A stretch of DNA of 44,956 bases from Octopus bimaculoides. Taxonomy: Eukaryota. A program made the translations under genes and the position numbers. A model generated the notes under the pieces. That model saw only the letters and a program-made list of their open reading frames with translations, was not told the DNA's origin and made no database searches. The stretch's first letter is position 1. Every line of letters begins with the position of its first letter. Below, one piece after another: positions 1-12,579 of the stretch. The DNA lies in NCBI RefSeq assembly GCF_001194135.2, contig NC_068981.1:39781875-39826830 (forward strand), written 5' to 3'.

Positions 1-735
1 TATATATATATATATATATGGATGGATGTATATATGTTTGTATGTATGTATAATGCTTCATTGAGTAGTATCTTTAATCTTTGAAAATATTGAGAAGACG
101 AGAAATACAGAATGACTAAGATGTACAACTTATTTGCTATTTAACAGTTTTGTGAGTTCCAGAATGAGACCTACGGTCTAGAAGTAGTAATATGCAATGC
201 TGCATAATCGAATGTTTTCCTGTAGATGTGATCAAGTATGTTTGAGTATGTAGCAGCAACACCATACCAGTGGCAGTAATACTATCCAATTGTAAATATT
301 ATGTTTAGAGATACAGTTTCTGTTCTTAGCTAGGGTGTTTTCTGGACCTAAAGAGGAAGACTCACCTACAGGATTTCTTGTTTCTTCTTTATTTTCTTTT
401 GTTTCGCTTTGTTCTTGTTTTCCATTTTACAAAACTGAGAGTGCCAGGTCATGAGTGAGCGTGAGGTGCAGCCATTAGTAGGGACTTTTAAATGAATAAT
501 TTATAAATAAGCAGTAATTTTTCTTTGAATGTGTTCTTCCTTACATGTATTCGTAGTATATTTTTTCCATCCATCTTTATACCTCTAAAACTTGCATACG
601 ATGCCTCGCAAAATAAATAGATATGAAGATTAATTCTAGCATAGTTCCCTTCTCCATTTTCACTACATATTTGCAAAATCGGAATAAGCTCTATTTGTTC
701 TTTCAAGATTTATATAACTTTTATATCCACGAAGA

Positions 736-1077
736 GCGGAGGCGTAATGGCCCAGTGGTTAGGGCAGCGGACTCGCGGTCATAGGATCGTGGTTTCGATC
801 CCCAGACTGGGCGTTGTGAGTGTTTATTGAGCGAAAACACCTAAAGCCCAACGAGGCTCCGGCAGGGGATGGTGGCGAACCCTGCTGTACTATTTCTCTC
901 ACTCTTACTTCCTGTTTCTGCTGTGCCTGTAATTCAAAGGGCCAGCCTTGTCACACTGTGTCACGCTGAATCTCCCCGAGAACTACGTTAAGGGTACACG
1001 TGTCTGTGGAGTGCTCAGCCACTTGCACGTTAATGTCACGAGCAGGCTGTTCCGTTGATCGGGTGCCAACAACAACA
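736..1077 (+). mobile_element. tRNA-derived SINE (family D), near full length, (CAA)n tail
   Basis: Pol III A-box (TGGCCCAGTGG) and B-box-like (GTTTCGATCCC) head. TSD atccac(g/a)aaga at 725-735 and 1078-1088. Second copy at 14595-14945. Confidence 0.9.
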
Positions 1078-1257
1078 ATCCACAAAGAATGTAACCCACA
1101 AAGTTACACCTTACATATCCATGAAAGATGTAACTAAAGTTTTGATTTAAGAGGATTTTTTTTAATAATTCAGTTTTATTTCAAGTTTTTATCAACTTTC
1201 AAATAATGGTTTCTGATTTAGGCACAAAACCAGTACTTTTGAGGGGGAGGCTGCTAG

Positions 1258-1455
1258 AGAAGCAAGAGTAAATTATCATGCGATCTCTTTCTCTGGAAAC
1301 CCACACATAGACATTTGGGTATCGGTAGACTAAGAAGAGCATATAGTGATCAATTGTGGGAGGCTGCATATCAAGTTAATATGAAGATTGTTATGGAAGA
1401 TCGAGACAACTGGCGAGGAAGAGTTGCATTGGTTCGAGCAAGTCGATACCAGATT
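1258..1455 (+). mobile_element. RTE-clade LINE, 3' end of ORF2 (fragment)
   Basis: Translates as DLFLWKPTHRHLGIGRLRRAYSDQL...MEDRDNWRGRVALVRAS, resembling the LLLW.P.HG.R..GRP..TY.DQL...M.DR..WR C-terminal signature of RTE ORFs. Confidence 0.7.
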
Positions 1456-2476
1456 AGTACTATATTTTATCAACCTCCAAGAGTAAAGTTAAGCTCGTCC
1501 AGATTTGGTTTCATAACTTAAGGAACCGGCCGATCTTATTCCGTCCGTTTAAGTTTGACTTAAGGATCAGACTCAGTCTGCGCAAGTACTTAAATGTTTC
1601 TGTCATTTCTTTTTCCATCAATTTATCCATTTGCACAATCCCCCAAGTACTTATAGCCCGTCTCTTCTATCTGCTTCATAACCTCCCACGACGGTATCGT
1701 TAGCCCGTCCATACAATTGATTTTGCCTCTCTTCAAGTCTACACCACACTTTCTCAGTCCGAACTCCATTCTGATATCAGCGCTGAAGGTGTACGCTGTA
1801 TCAACGAGGGAACTGACTTGGGCTTCATCTTTGCAATAAAGTTTGAGATCGTCCATGAATACCAAATGGTTGACTTTTTGTTGGCGGCTTTTGAATACAA
1901 ACCCAGCTTATGCTTTCCTCAGAATCAGTGTTAGTGGTATCAAGCACAGTACAAAGATCAGTGGGGACAAGCAGTCCCCTTGGAAGATGCCCCTCCTAAT
2001 TTCTACTGTCCGTAAACTTCTTCCGTATGCTGTCAGTTCCGTCCTCCAAGTCGCCATACTTTTTCCAAGCAATCGCTCAACATTCGATGCAATACCAAAT
2101 AGGTTCATACACTCCATAATCCAAGAATTGGGATCATATCGTACGCCTTACGATAGTCGCTCCATGACATGGCTAAGTTACTTTTCCTCTTCTTGCAGTA
2201 CACTTTTGTCTATCGGGAGTTGATCCTTGTTATCTCTGCACTTACGCTTGCAACCCTTCTACTCATGTGGCAGGACTCTATTTTTTCCCCAGATGTTTGT
2301 ACATTGACTCTGCGAGTATTCTAGTCAATAATTTCCACATAAGTGGCAAACAGGATATCGGCCTGTAATTGTCTACCGTATTGCCTTTTTCGATTTTTTT
2401 CAGGCACAGCACTGCCCTACCCAATGTCAACTAATCTGATATTATTTGGTCAGCATTTAACAAGGCTATTCGTGCA

Positions 2477-2477
<1 letters not shown>

Positions 2478-2549
<72 letters not shown>
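2478..2549. repeat. (ATT)n microsatellite
   Basis: Direct reading. Confidence 0.98.
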
Positions 2550-2550
2550 T

Positions 2551-2640
2551 AAGTCAGCGAGCTGACAGAATCGTTAGCACGCTGGGAAAAATGCTGAGCG
2601 GTATTTTCTCTGCCGCTACGTTCTGAGTCAAATTCTGCCA
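2551..2640 (+). mobile_element. SINE family B, 5' fragment
   Basis: aagtcagcgagctgacagaatcgttagcac...gttctgagtcaaattctgcc matches the heads of copies at 12580 and 42507. Confidence 0.85.
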
Positions 2641-3121
2641 AATTTGAGCTGCGCAGCTATTCGTGCATGACATTCACCAAATTGTTTGATCCAGTAGCTT
2701 TGAATTCCATTTGATCCCGGGGCCTTCCAGTTGCTCAATTTTTTGCTGATTTCCTTCACTCCCCTAACTGAAATGACTAGTTCTGCCTGTTTTGGACAGA
2801 CTACTGTTTGTTTCAGTTCTTGCAACTATTCAGCATCCTTCTTGTGATCCTTGTCTTTGCTCCAGATGTCACTCCAAAACCTTTGACTTTCAATGTTATC
2901 TGGTATCAACTGTTCATCTGTACACACTCCATTTATTTCTTTATAGAATCTCTTCTACTCTGAATAACCTATTCTAGTAGTAACCTTTCATTGTTTGGTC
3001 GCATCTTACCATCTTTGCTTTCTTTGCAACGAGGCGCTGTTTCAGTTCCTCCATTACTACTTTCAGGCCCTTTCTTTCAATATTATACTTCCTTTTCAGC
3101 GCCCTGTATTTTTTTACCTGG

Positions 3122-3166
<45 letters not shown>

Positions 3167-3191
3167 ATTATTATTATTAATTATTATTATT
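3122..3191. repeat. (ATT)n microsatellite
   Basis: Direct reading. Confidence 0.98.
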
Positions 3192-3716
3192 TTGGTGGTA
3201 GTCAAAAATTATTTCAAGTAAAACTATGTCAACAGTATCTGCAGACGTCCGAATTTCTGTCGATATTGTTATCCAAGAATGAAGATAGCAATATGTAAAA
3301 CAATTTCGAAGCGTATATTTTGTTAAAAGTATATTTTCAGATTACAATAATCAACTTAATAAGACTTTCTTTAGTTAACTTTCATCGGTGCTGATTGTTT
3401 TTATGACAATATAACCATAGTTTTATTTTAACGAAGCAGAACTTCTAAGATTTGAAATCAGAATAGTAAAAGAGCGAATATCAGACTGTATATATGAGTA
3501 TCAGCAAATTCCGTCCCGGCCATTTCAGCTAAGTTTGGTATTTCTTCCATTGATTTCATGTAATAAATAATGGTGATTTAATTTTTAAAATTTTACATGA
3601 GTTTTTATTGGATCTAATTATCTAATATGTGACAACTGCATCTATGCGAGCAAATAAGCCTCATCAACAGTTTTCTTATTTCGTTTATACATATATATAT
3701 ATATCTATATATATAT

Positions 3717-4107
3717 NNNNNNNNNNNNNNNNNNNNNNNNNNNNNNNNNNNNNNNNNNNNNNNNNNNNNNNNNNNNNNNNNNNNNNNNNNNNNNNNNNNN
3801 NNNNNNNNNNNNNNNNNNNNNNNNNNNNNNNNNNNNNNNNNNNNNNNNNNNNNNNNNNNNNNNNNNNNNNNNNNNNNNNNNNNNNNNNNNNNNNNNNNNN
3901 NNNNNNNNNNNNNNNNNNNNNNNNNNNNNNNNNNNNNNNNNNNNNNNNNNNNNNNNNNNNNNNNNNNNNNNNNNNNNNNNNNNNNNNNNNNNNNNNNNNN
4001 NNNNNNNNNNNNNNNNNNNNNNNNNNNNNNNNNNNNNNNNNNNNNNNNNNNNNNNNNNNNNNNNNNNNNNNNNNNNNNNNNNNNNNNNNNNNNNNNNNNN
4101 NNNNNNN
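3717..4107. other. Assembly gap flanked by (TA)n and (GA)n
   Basis: Run of N. Confidence 1.
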
Positions 4108-4170
<63 letters not shown>

Positions 4171-5211
4171 GTATATACATAGACACGTGTGTATATGAAT
4201 ACATAATGCGTACGTACATATATTCATATATACAAAAGCTCACAAACGTACATGAGCAGAAAGAGGGGGAGGGACAGTGAGAAAGAGGCACAAAAATTTA
4301 ATTTAAAATTCCATCCCTTTCTTGATACTATATTATACTCCTTTATTGACACGATTTGATTATCTGATTTTGAATATCAGTTACAAAAAAATCTAGATGT
4401 TTATTTATTCCTGTTGAATCTTAAAGAATATCGAATAATAATTTCAGAAAACAACTTGCAAACGATTTTTCTGAAGCTGCTGTGGAAAATGACAAAAAAG
4501 GAAACCAATTTCCTTGAACTTATTATAAATTAAACCAAAGCAAATATTGAAGGCAGATTTGTTTTTCAAATATTTTGCTGAATTACTCCAGAAATATTCC
4601 TGCTTATAGCGCTTTTGATTTATTTTCTCGTGAATTTTAATTTAACCGGAGAAGATATGAAAATATATTAACGTTGTGTTTACTTTGAACTTAATTATTA
4701 AAATTAAATTTATTTTATTTTCTACTTAATTAAAATCATTCGGCCGAAAAGATTAGACTATGTATGACATGGTAAATATAGTAGCAAGATGCTAGTTGAT
4801 GTTGTACGTCATTTAATTATTTAACAAGAAAACTGACATTCACTTCAACAGATTATTTCATAAACTTAGATTATTTAAGTCACGAGCCTAACGTCTTTTG
4901 TCTCTTCCTTGTGTTTCTTTCATTTGTTTACATTAGCAATTGAGATGATTAATTACTTTTCATTATTGTTAACACTATAGCTAGCTAGAAACCACATTCG
5001 CTGCTTATGATTTCTACAATTTTATGTGAACTTACTTTCATTACAATAATATTCGAAATATTTTTTTTATTGATATTCTTTGTAACTAAATTTCCAATCT
5101 AGTCGTTAATTATTGGATTGGTTGATATCATCAAATAAAATTACGCTTTTCTTGGCAACACATTTGATTAATTTTCGTTGTGATTGTTGTCGCTGCTATT
5201 GTTGTTGTTCT

Positions 5212-5212
5212 T

Positions 5213-5298
<86 letters not shown>

Positions 5299-5322
5299 TG
5301 ATTTGTAGTAGTAGTAGTAGTC

Positions 5323-5399
<77 letters not shown>
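5212..5399. repeat. (AGT)n microsatellite with two 'agttgatttg' interruptions
   Basis: Direct reading. Confidence 0.97.
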
Positions 5400-8345
5400 T
5401 GATTTGACGAAAGTTGCGACGGTGGCGATCCTAGTAGTTGTTCATGCTATCGACAATGATACAGCGTTTTAGCATTCACTGTACCACGAGGCATACTAAC
5501 AAGGCGATATTTTATATTTTCCTTTAATTGCAGATTTCTTTAATTAGGAAAATATCATAACTTTATAGAAACCTAATAGACGTAGTACAATTGGTCAATT
5601 AACCTCACTTATAACTGCATATAATAATCTAGTGAAAGAACCTTTGATAATAAAATAATGAAGAATAATTCTGTAATTCGTAAGAAAGAATCGTTTCTGT
5701 GAATACCCGAGTTAAAATCACAAATGGCAAAATTATATTGTTCATTGCTTTCAAGCAACAAAAATTTAAGCTATATAACAGAAATTGTTATCTATTTCTC
5801 CTATATTCATTTTTCTGAAAATATTCTAACTACTTAAACTCTCAACTATTGCATAGAGTGTATAACATCAGTTTTTGTAGTTTATATAGATATATGTAAT
5901 CATGAGAGTGATTGTGACTATTTTGGAGAATGGAAATGAAACATACCTATGATCAAACGCATTCCAGCCGTGACCATCACGTATTTGCAAGGGTATTTTT
6001 GACTGCATTATCTGGCGGAACATTCGCATTTCTGATTCGATAGGGTGAGTTTGAGGGAAAAATTTCTGATACTGCTAGCAGGTTGAGAGGCCGTGCCGAA
6101 ACTCCTTCGTTTATTTTGAAAGTCACCTTAAAATGATATTCAACTTACAACTTCTCATTGTTTCCTGAAAGCCTTGGTTTCAGTGCTTTATTTTAAAGCG
6201 ACAATAATTAAATATTAATCATCATCAATTCCTCTTTCAAAACACAATTATTAAAATCCACTCGTTGATTACAATAAGAAAGAAAATCAATGAATTTATG
6301 GGCGATTGATGTAGGATACTATATGCCACATACAGTCAAAAGCATGATCAATCTAGCTATCGAGATCGAACCAAATCATTCATTTTTCATAAAACCAAAT
6401 AATCTGGTATGGTATGAAATAGATACATGACAAATACTTCATCCAGTTAAATCAAACCAAATATCAAAAGCGAAGTCCCTTGCCGTCAACAGCGACGGAT
6501 CATTAGCAATACACCAAATCTCCCTCATGGTTTGGTTACTTAAGTATTTCATATCTGGCTGCATCTTAATGTGGATGTTGCACTCAGTACCTTCTTCAAT
6601 GTTTATCCAACTTCTGTACTATCCAATGTGAACCAACCCCTACTGACTCACAAATCCCCTTCACAACCCCTATCCACCTCACGTTCGGTCATATCCAGAG
6701 CCCAAATTCATTTGCTAATACTGAGTAAACCCATAAATGTTCTAACGTTGAACACTCCCAACATTTCAAAAGAACTCAAAGATTAACTATTGCGTATCAC
6801 CTTATTTCTCTTTTTAAACTATTTCAGAAATTATCTTTTAAACCTCAAAACAAATTTACTTCAACAATCATTTTAAGAAGATTAATCTCCTACATTAGAG
6901 AGTTTATAACAGCGAAGAATACAAAGTTTACAAATTCTATTCTGATGGATAAATCCATCGCTACTTCAGAACCGCCCTACTTGAGAAATTTATTTTCTCT
7001 CCTTGAAATCCATTCAATATTTCCTTATTATAGGTCCAAGCACTTATGAAAAATATGCGATGCAAATTACCGTCCCAAAATAATATATCGCTCGAACAAT
7101 AGTTATTGGGAAGTACGAATTTGCTTTATGGAGTTAAAGTTGTATAACATTTAAATGTGTAATATATTTATCTGCATGTTTTTTAAATAACATTACCCAA
7201 TGTCCAATAAAAATTTTACTGTCGACGAAAAAGTTATATCCTGTGTAATATAAACACCTGTCCTGGGTGTTTAAATGCATTGAGAAAAAAATACATGACT
7301 AAAGTTCGTTGAAGCTTGCTACAAATCTTCTGCTCTTACATGAAACTGTAAGAACAGAGCAAAATCATTATTAGATTTCTGGTAGCTGATTCAGTGTCGT
7401 TGTTTCCTCAATCAAACGGAAAAAAATTCAAATTTACGTTTTTATAAATTATTTCTAATTTTGAATTTAACATTTTATTACCAGCTATCTAGCTAACTTC
7501 CATTTATCTTCGTCAGTATGAGTATAAGGAATGCACTGACGTATTAAAGAGAGTACATTACTCCCTCGAATGGGAAGCTAGCGTTTCGCGGCTTACTTTC
7601 CATGAAAGGTATTCAATATATTTCTCCATATCTGTGTAGATTTAAGCATTCTAGAAATAAGCACTTGATATTGAATTAACACGAGGTTGTTGCAGCAAAT
7701 TTGAATTCATGAATCAATCACCTAACTAACTGAGATAATCGAAAACGAATATTTTGTATTTTATAAATAATTAACGTGATAAGAACTAACAGAAAATCGC
7801 GTGGCAATTGAAAATGTTTGATATATCGAAATGTTTGAGTCCACAATGATCTGATAATCGTTGCATTATTTATGACTTTTGAAGTAGATCATTTTTCCCT
7901 TGTTTTAAAATAACATGGAGTGCATTACTAATTATAATTTAAAATATTGCTGTTGCAGTTTTTGTTAGCTTTTGCTTGATGTTACAACTACTGCTTACCT
8001 CTAATTCAATTAATATGGGGCAATACTAATCTTTATATTCAAGTTGTAACCACGCCACCTTTATCGCCAAGGAATAGCAGATCTAGAATTTCACGGAGAA
8101 TTGGTTGCTGTTTTTAGACATCGTGTGACCGCATAGGTTTTTCATATCCTCGCTGTTGTTTTAATTTGGGCATGTCTACGCTGTGCTTATGAGTATGCAA
8201 ATCCTTTATCACACATAGCATTAGTTCCACTGATGAACGTATGTACTTTATGTTTTCTAACCAGAATCTGATTTTCGGCCACACACGTTCTTTCGGATCT
8301 CAGTAGCCATATTTTTTTATTTATTTTAGATGAATCTGTGAACAA

Positions 8346-8645
8346 TGTTTGTTGTCACTGCAGCATGGCTGTTCCTACGTTACTACCATTTTTAACCCCA
8401 TCGCTTGTTTTTCTATATGTTGCGAGCTAAGACGAACTGACTGCTATGTCTAACAGACAGGTGTCCAGTACAGGCGAAGGGACATACTCTGTAAGCAGAC
8501 TTGTCACTGCTAGATGGGAGTGGCTCGCGTCTCTGCTCACAATATATCGGACAAGGTTGTATCGATAACGAGGTGGAGATGTGGTGAGTTTAAAAAATGA
8601 TAGTAACGTAGTTCCGTACGGAACAGCCATGTTGCTGTAGCAACA

Positions 8646-8650
<5 letters not shown>
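8346..8650. mobile_element. MITE-like element with ~55-65 bp imperfect terminal inverted repeats
   Basis: Left arm tgtttgttg...catggctgttc-ctacgttactaccatttttaacccc matches the reverse complement of 8581-8649, apart from a 9-nt indel at the palindrome TTCCGTACGGAA. Confidence 0.7.

Positions 8651-8705
<55 letters not shown>
8650..8705. repeat. (TA)n microsatellite
   Basis: Direct reading. Confidence 0.98.
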
Positions 8706-8708
<3 letters not shown>

Positions 8709-8749
8709 TTTGAAAACGCCACTATATAAAATAAATTTTAATTTATAAT

Positions 8750-9472
8750 TTTCTCAGAGATATTTTACATGTTTCGGTTCTTGAAAAAACGAACTTGATC
8801 AAAAATACATATTTTTAAAACAATGTAATTAAACGAAAAGTTCATAATTGTAATTAAAAGAAAAGTTCATAATTGTTTCTTACTGATGTCAACATAGTCC
8901 ACGTGGGAGCGTTTTTTGTGTGGGGACATAATGGCTGTCTAGTGCGTTGACTTGAATCTATTAGGGTTTGTGGATAATTCTTATTTTTTAGTGTAGCTCT
9001 GAGTTCCTGGAGACGTGTGTGTCGGGTGTTTGTGTCTGATACTATGGTGAAAATCCTTTTGTCTAAATAGAAAAGGATGTTCATTCTCGTGTGCCTAGGG
9101 TGACATGAGTCAAATGGTAGGTACTGTTTAGAGTTTGTCGGTTTATAATAGATATCCGTCTCTATTTTGTTGCCGATTTTCTTCATGAGGACATCTAAAG
9201 ATGGTAGTTTTTCCTGGTTATGTTCCATTATGGATTTGATGTTTTCATTAATTCCATTTAGTATTATTTTAAATTCCTCAAGTTTTTCTATGCTTTAATC
9301 CCAGAGGATGAAGCAGTCGTCGAGATATCTTTTCCAGTTGTTCTGGATATAGTTGGAGAAAGAGTTTCTATATTTTTCGACTGTTTTCTGGTAAAGAACT
9401 ATGTCGATGTAGCCCATTACTAGGTTAGCAAAAGAAGGTGCAGTACGCGTACCCATGGCTGTTCCCGATTTT
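8750..9472 (-). mobile_element. Penelope-like retroelement remnant (RT core and thumb, most of GIY-YIG deleted, 3' terminal region)
   Basis: GTAMGTRTAPSFANLVMG, WKRYLDDCFILW, LPSLDV, TDIYYKPTNSKQYLPFDSCHPRH, RLQEL...YP..LI are characteristic PLE RT motifs. Confidence 0.9.
8761..8807 (-). ncRNA. Degenerate minimal type-I hammerhead-ribozyme-like motif at the PLE 3' end
   Basis: Minus strand reads TATTT-TTGATCA-A-GTTC(10 nt)GAAC-C-GAAAC-AT-GTA-AAATA. Helix I 5/5, helix II 4/4, palindromic helix III (ACATGT). Two core substitutions versus CUGANGA. Confidence 0.6.
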
Positions 9473-9624
9473 TGCCTCTCTCCTTTTTCAATTTTTCCTA
9501 TGTTTTCCCAAAATACGTCTCGCTTATCCCCGGAATCAATTCCACATAAGTGTGACCATTGTTTCCTAGGACACTTAAGCAACATTTAGCTACCTTGTAA
9601 TTATTCCCCTAGATCTTTCCTTGT

Positions 9625-9670
<46 letters not shown>
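9625..9670. repeat. (AGAT)n microsatellite
   Basis: Direct reading. Confidence 0.97.
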
Positions 9671-9671
9671 T

Positions 9672-9879
9672 CTTTTATTTTTTTACTTGTTTTAGTGATT
9701 CCTCTACGGCCATGCTACAGCACTTCCTTGAAAGGTTTTCATCAAACAAATCGACCCCAGAACTTAGATTTTAAAGCCAAGTGCTTATTCTATCGTTTTT
9801 TTTTTGTTTTTTTTTTGCCAAACTGTTAAGTCACGGAGATGTAAATACACCATCACCCGCTGACAAGCGGTGATGGGGC
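9672..9879 (-). mobile_element. SINE family A, degenerate 3' half
   Basis: Similar to the reverse complement of 17706-17893 (ggccatgct..agcac, aaatcgaccccag.actta, cttattctatcg). Confidence 0.75.
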
Positions 9880-10847
9880 ATTTCCAAAGTGTTGATGTGC
9901 CATTTTCTGTCATTCATAGAACTGTCGGTATCTTTGAGGATACGGGTATTTCATTATAATTATACTTTGTAAAACAGAATTTTCATCTAGAAAATCGTTT
10001 TAACGAAAATTAGTAAGGGATGAAACGCAATGTCAAAGGAATGGACAACCATGGACAACCCTTCTGTTTTTCAGATTTTGTTTATTCTAACTAAATTATT
10101 CATTGTCCATTTATAAGGTGATTGTGTGTGATCTATAAAACATTGGTTACTATTCTTTGTCGGTCGTGCAATTATCAGGTATACCTACACGTTGTCTCGT
10201 AATCAATAATTGTTTTCATTTTTTCTCAGGTGTTTTCTATAAAACAATATACTACGTATAGTAAATATTTACTTTTTATCTTTAATTTGTAAAGTTAATC
10301 TAAATTATTTATGTGGCTGTTTTTACTTAAAAATAAATATTGTTAATCATTTATTTAGATTGCGAGAACAAAAAAACTTTCTAATTAAGGTTAGTCTTCT
10401 AAGAATTATGGCTTCAATGATGCAGTAGAGTATTGATTAACTCTATTGTAGTATCTATTTCATACTTTACGGTTCTTAGTTCAAATCTTCACCGAAAACA
10501 CTGTATTTTGTTTTGTTTTATCCATACGTTTGCAAGTTTCTGTTATTCTATTCTTTTAATCAATATCTATTATCATCAAAACAACAGCTACGAACAGAGA
10601 GAGTGCGTATACATTCATGTCTACATATCATCAATTACCATTATCATCAATCAATACCTTCATCATCATAATTTTACGTCCTCTTTCTGTGCTAGCATGG
10701 ATTGGACTTATCGCAGACCGAATCAGTTCTTATTTGGAGTTATTGATTTTCTATGCGGGACTAAGGACTACATCTTGCTCATATACTGCATTTTTAGATA
10801 GATTTCGACGGCTAGATGTCTTCTTAACATAACCATTTTATAAGATT

Positions 10848-11080
10848 CTAGCTGGACCCGTGCCGTCAAAAATGACGGCTAATTGTAGTATTTTATAGAA
10901 AAATAGGGATGGTAAATCAAATTAATACACTTGTCTATGTTATCTAGTGGTTGTCTTTTGAGCACGCACACACATACACGCATATACTCACACAGAGTTG
11001 AAACGTTGTTTGATTTTACTTTTCGGCGTTGAATGTTCATCATCCCACTTCCATTGCACACACATACACACACATATTCA
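10848..11080 (-). mobile_element. Helitron-like non-autonomous element 3' end (5' boundary uncertain)
   Basis: Hairpin GCCGTCA-AAAA-TGACGGC (10862-10879) lies 10 nt from a terminal CTAG (10848-10851) on the minus strand; internal (CA)n. Confidence 0.45.
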
Positions 11081-11880
11081 CACACCTCCCTTGATAGCCT
11101 TTTGCAACTGCCTCAGTATTGTACTCTCCATTGATGACGTGGCCCTTTTGAAGATAGTCATCAAAACAACGCCTTTTACATCCCCCAAAACTGAGACCAT
11201 CACCTGCCCTACAGATGAAACGAACTTGGCCTTCTTTGGAGCAAGTGAGGAGAGGTGTTCCCACTGCATGGATTGTCTCTTTATCTCTGGCTCAAAGTGA
11301 TAAACCCAACACTCATCCTGGGTTAGGAAACGTTGAAGGGAATTAGCTGGATCTCCCCCACCCACCCCAACAGTGTCAGATTTTCCCGTGATGTCATCAG
11401 CCTGATGTGTTTTTGATCGGGTGTCAGAAGACGTGGCACCAACCGAGCAGAAACCTTCGTCATTCCAAGTTTATTGTGCAAAACATTCTCGACTCTCACG
11501 GATTATGCTAATAGCATTGGCACTTTCAGGACATCCAGCCCTCGGGCCATCTTCAAGACACTTCTTTCCTCTCCTAAATTCAGCTGCCCACTTTTGCATT
11601 GTTGATAGAGCCGCTAATGTAGCAACCATATCAGCATGAATGTCTTTGGGTGTTAAACGCTTTATTTGCAGGAGCTTGATAACACTACGATGTCAAATCT
11701 TGTCCATTTTCAAGAGAAATCGCTGCTAGTTTTAAAGTCTTCTTTAAAAGTTTTACATTCAAAGTCTTTTTTGAATAGTCAGATGCCAGTTTACCTGCAA
11801 AGAAACAATGTAGTTATTAATAAGTAGTTTTGAAATGAATGCATGCAAGATTTCACAGCTCTAGCATCACTACTTCATAG
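11080..11880 (-). mobile_element. mariner transposon remnant (N-terminal HTH and first catalytic Asp region; 3' truncated)
   Basis: ATG at 11707 gives MDKI*HRSVIKLLQIKRLTPKDIHADMVATL...QKWAAEFRRG, then FLTQDECWVYHFEPEIKRQSMQW...KKAKFVSSVGQVMVSV and DYLQKGHVINGEY. Confidence 0.9.
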
Positions 11881-11946
11881 TCAACTTATGAATAATATAT
11901 GGTGAATGAGGAAACAGAATGGCGATCGATAGAGGCGTAGATGATA

Positions 11947-12053
11947 CGTGTGTGTGTGTGTGTGTGCGTGTGTGTGTGTGTGTGTGTATGTGTGTGTGTG
12001 TCTGTGTGTGTGCGTGTGTGTGTGTTTGTGTGTATGTGTGTTTAATTGTGTGT
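11947..12053. repeat. (TG)n microsatellite
   Basis: Direct reading. Confidence 0.97.
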
Positions 12054-12230
12054 GCTTAATTGTACAGCCTGGATTTCATTATAGACATTTAAAAAACCAT
12101 AAAACAAATTAAAAATCTAAAAACGACTGCGAACCTACTAGTTGGAATCCAACTATACATTTCTGGTTTTGCGGCAAAATAATTTTTTTTTTCACCATTT
12201 ACTGATTACTAACTTTTGTTTTATTGTAAT

Positions 12231-12437
12231 TCTTATTTCTTTATTGCCCACAAGGGGCTAAACATAGAGGGGACAAACAAGGTCAGACAAATGGATTAAG
12301 TCGATTTAATTTATCGACCCCGAAAGGATGAAAGGCAAAGTCGACCTCGGCGGAATTTGAACTCAGAACGTAACGGCAGACGAAATACCGTTAAGCATTT
12401 CGCCCGGCGTGCTAACGATTCTGCCAGCTCGCCGCCT
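12231..12437 (-). mobile_element. SINE family B
   Basis: Reverse complement reads aggcggcgagctggcagaatcgttagc...gagttcaaattccgccgagg; A box TGGCAGAATCG, B box GTTCAAATTCC. Confidence 0.9.
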
Positions 12438-12579
12438 GATTGAGTAGAGATGGTATTTGTCTTATTGCAGTTATTTTTTGGTTTACTACTAAACATTTTT
12501 ACCATGCGCTTAAATATATCGTCTTTTTACAAACGGTATCCTTCGGAAATTTTCCAGAGACATTATTTTAAGTTGCCTA

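Larger units (their letters stand above)
1520..3120 (-). mobile_element. R4/Dong-clade non-LTR retrotransposon remnant (RT region, decayed, interrupted at 2478-2640)
   Basis: Colinear motifs across frameshifts and stops: [75 protein letters not shown]-like MEFGLRKCG, YKYLG. Confidence 0.9.

Noticed and set aside
366-434. Minus-strand exon candidate ending at a strong donor (CTGTAG|GTGAGT)
   Set aside because: All three frames contain a stop within the candidate exon.
6571-6786. FFNVYPTS resembling an APE endonuclease INVYAPT motif
   Set aside because: No downstream GDFNA or SDH motif in any frame I could read.
7597-7650. Minus-strand 54-nt exon candidate with reasonable splice sites (MLKSTQIWRNILNTFHG)
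   Set aside because: Isolated, no compatible neighbouring exon or homology; expected by chance in 45 kb.
8137-8238. Open 102-nt phase 0-0 segment (VFHILAVVLIWACLRCAYEYANPLSHIALVPLMN) with a GTATGT donor
   Set aside because: Poor acceptor, the better upstream acceptor gives stops, no recognisable homolog, and hydrophobic peptides are expected from AT-rich DNA.
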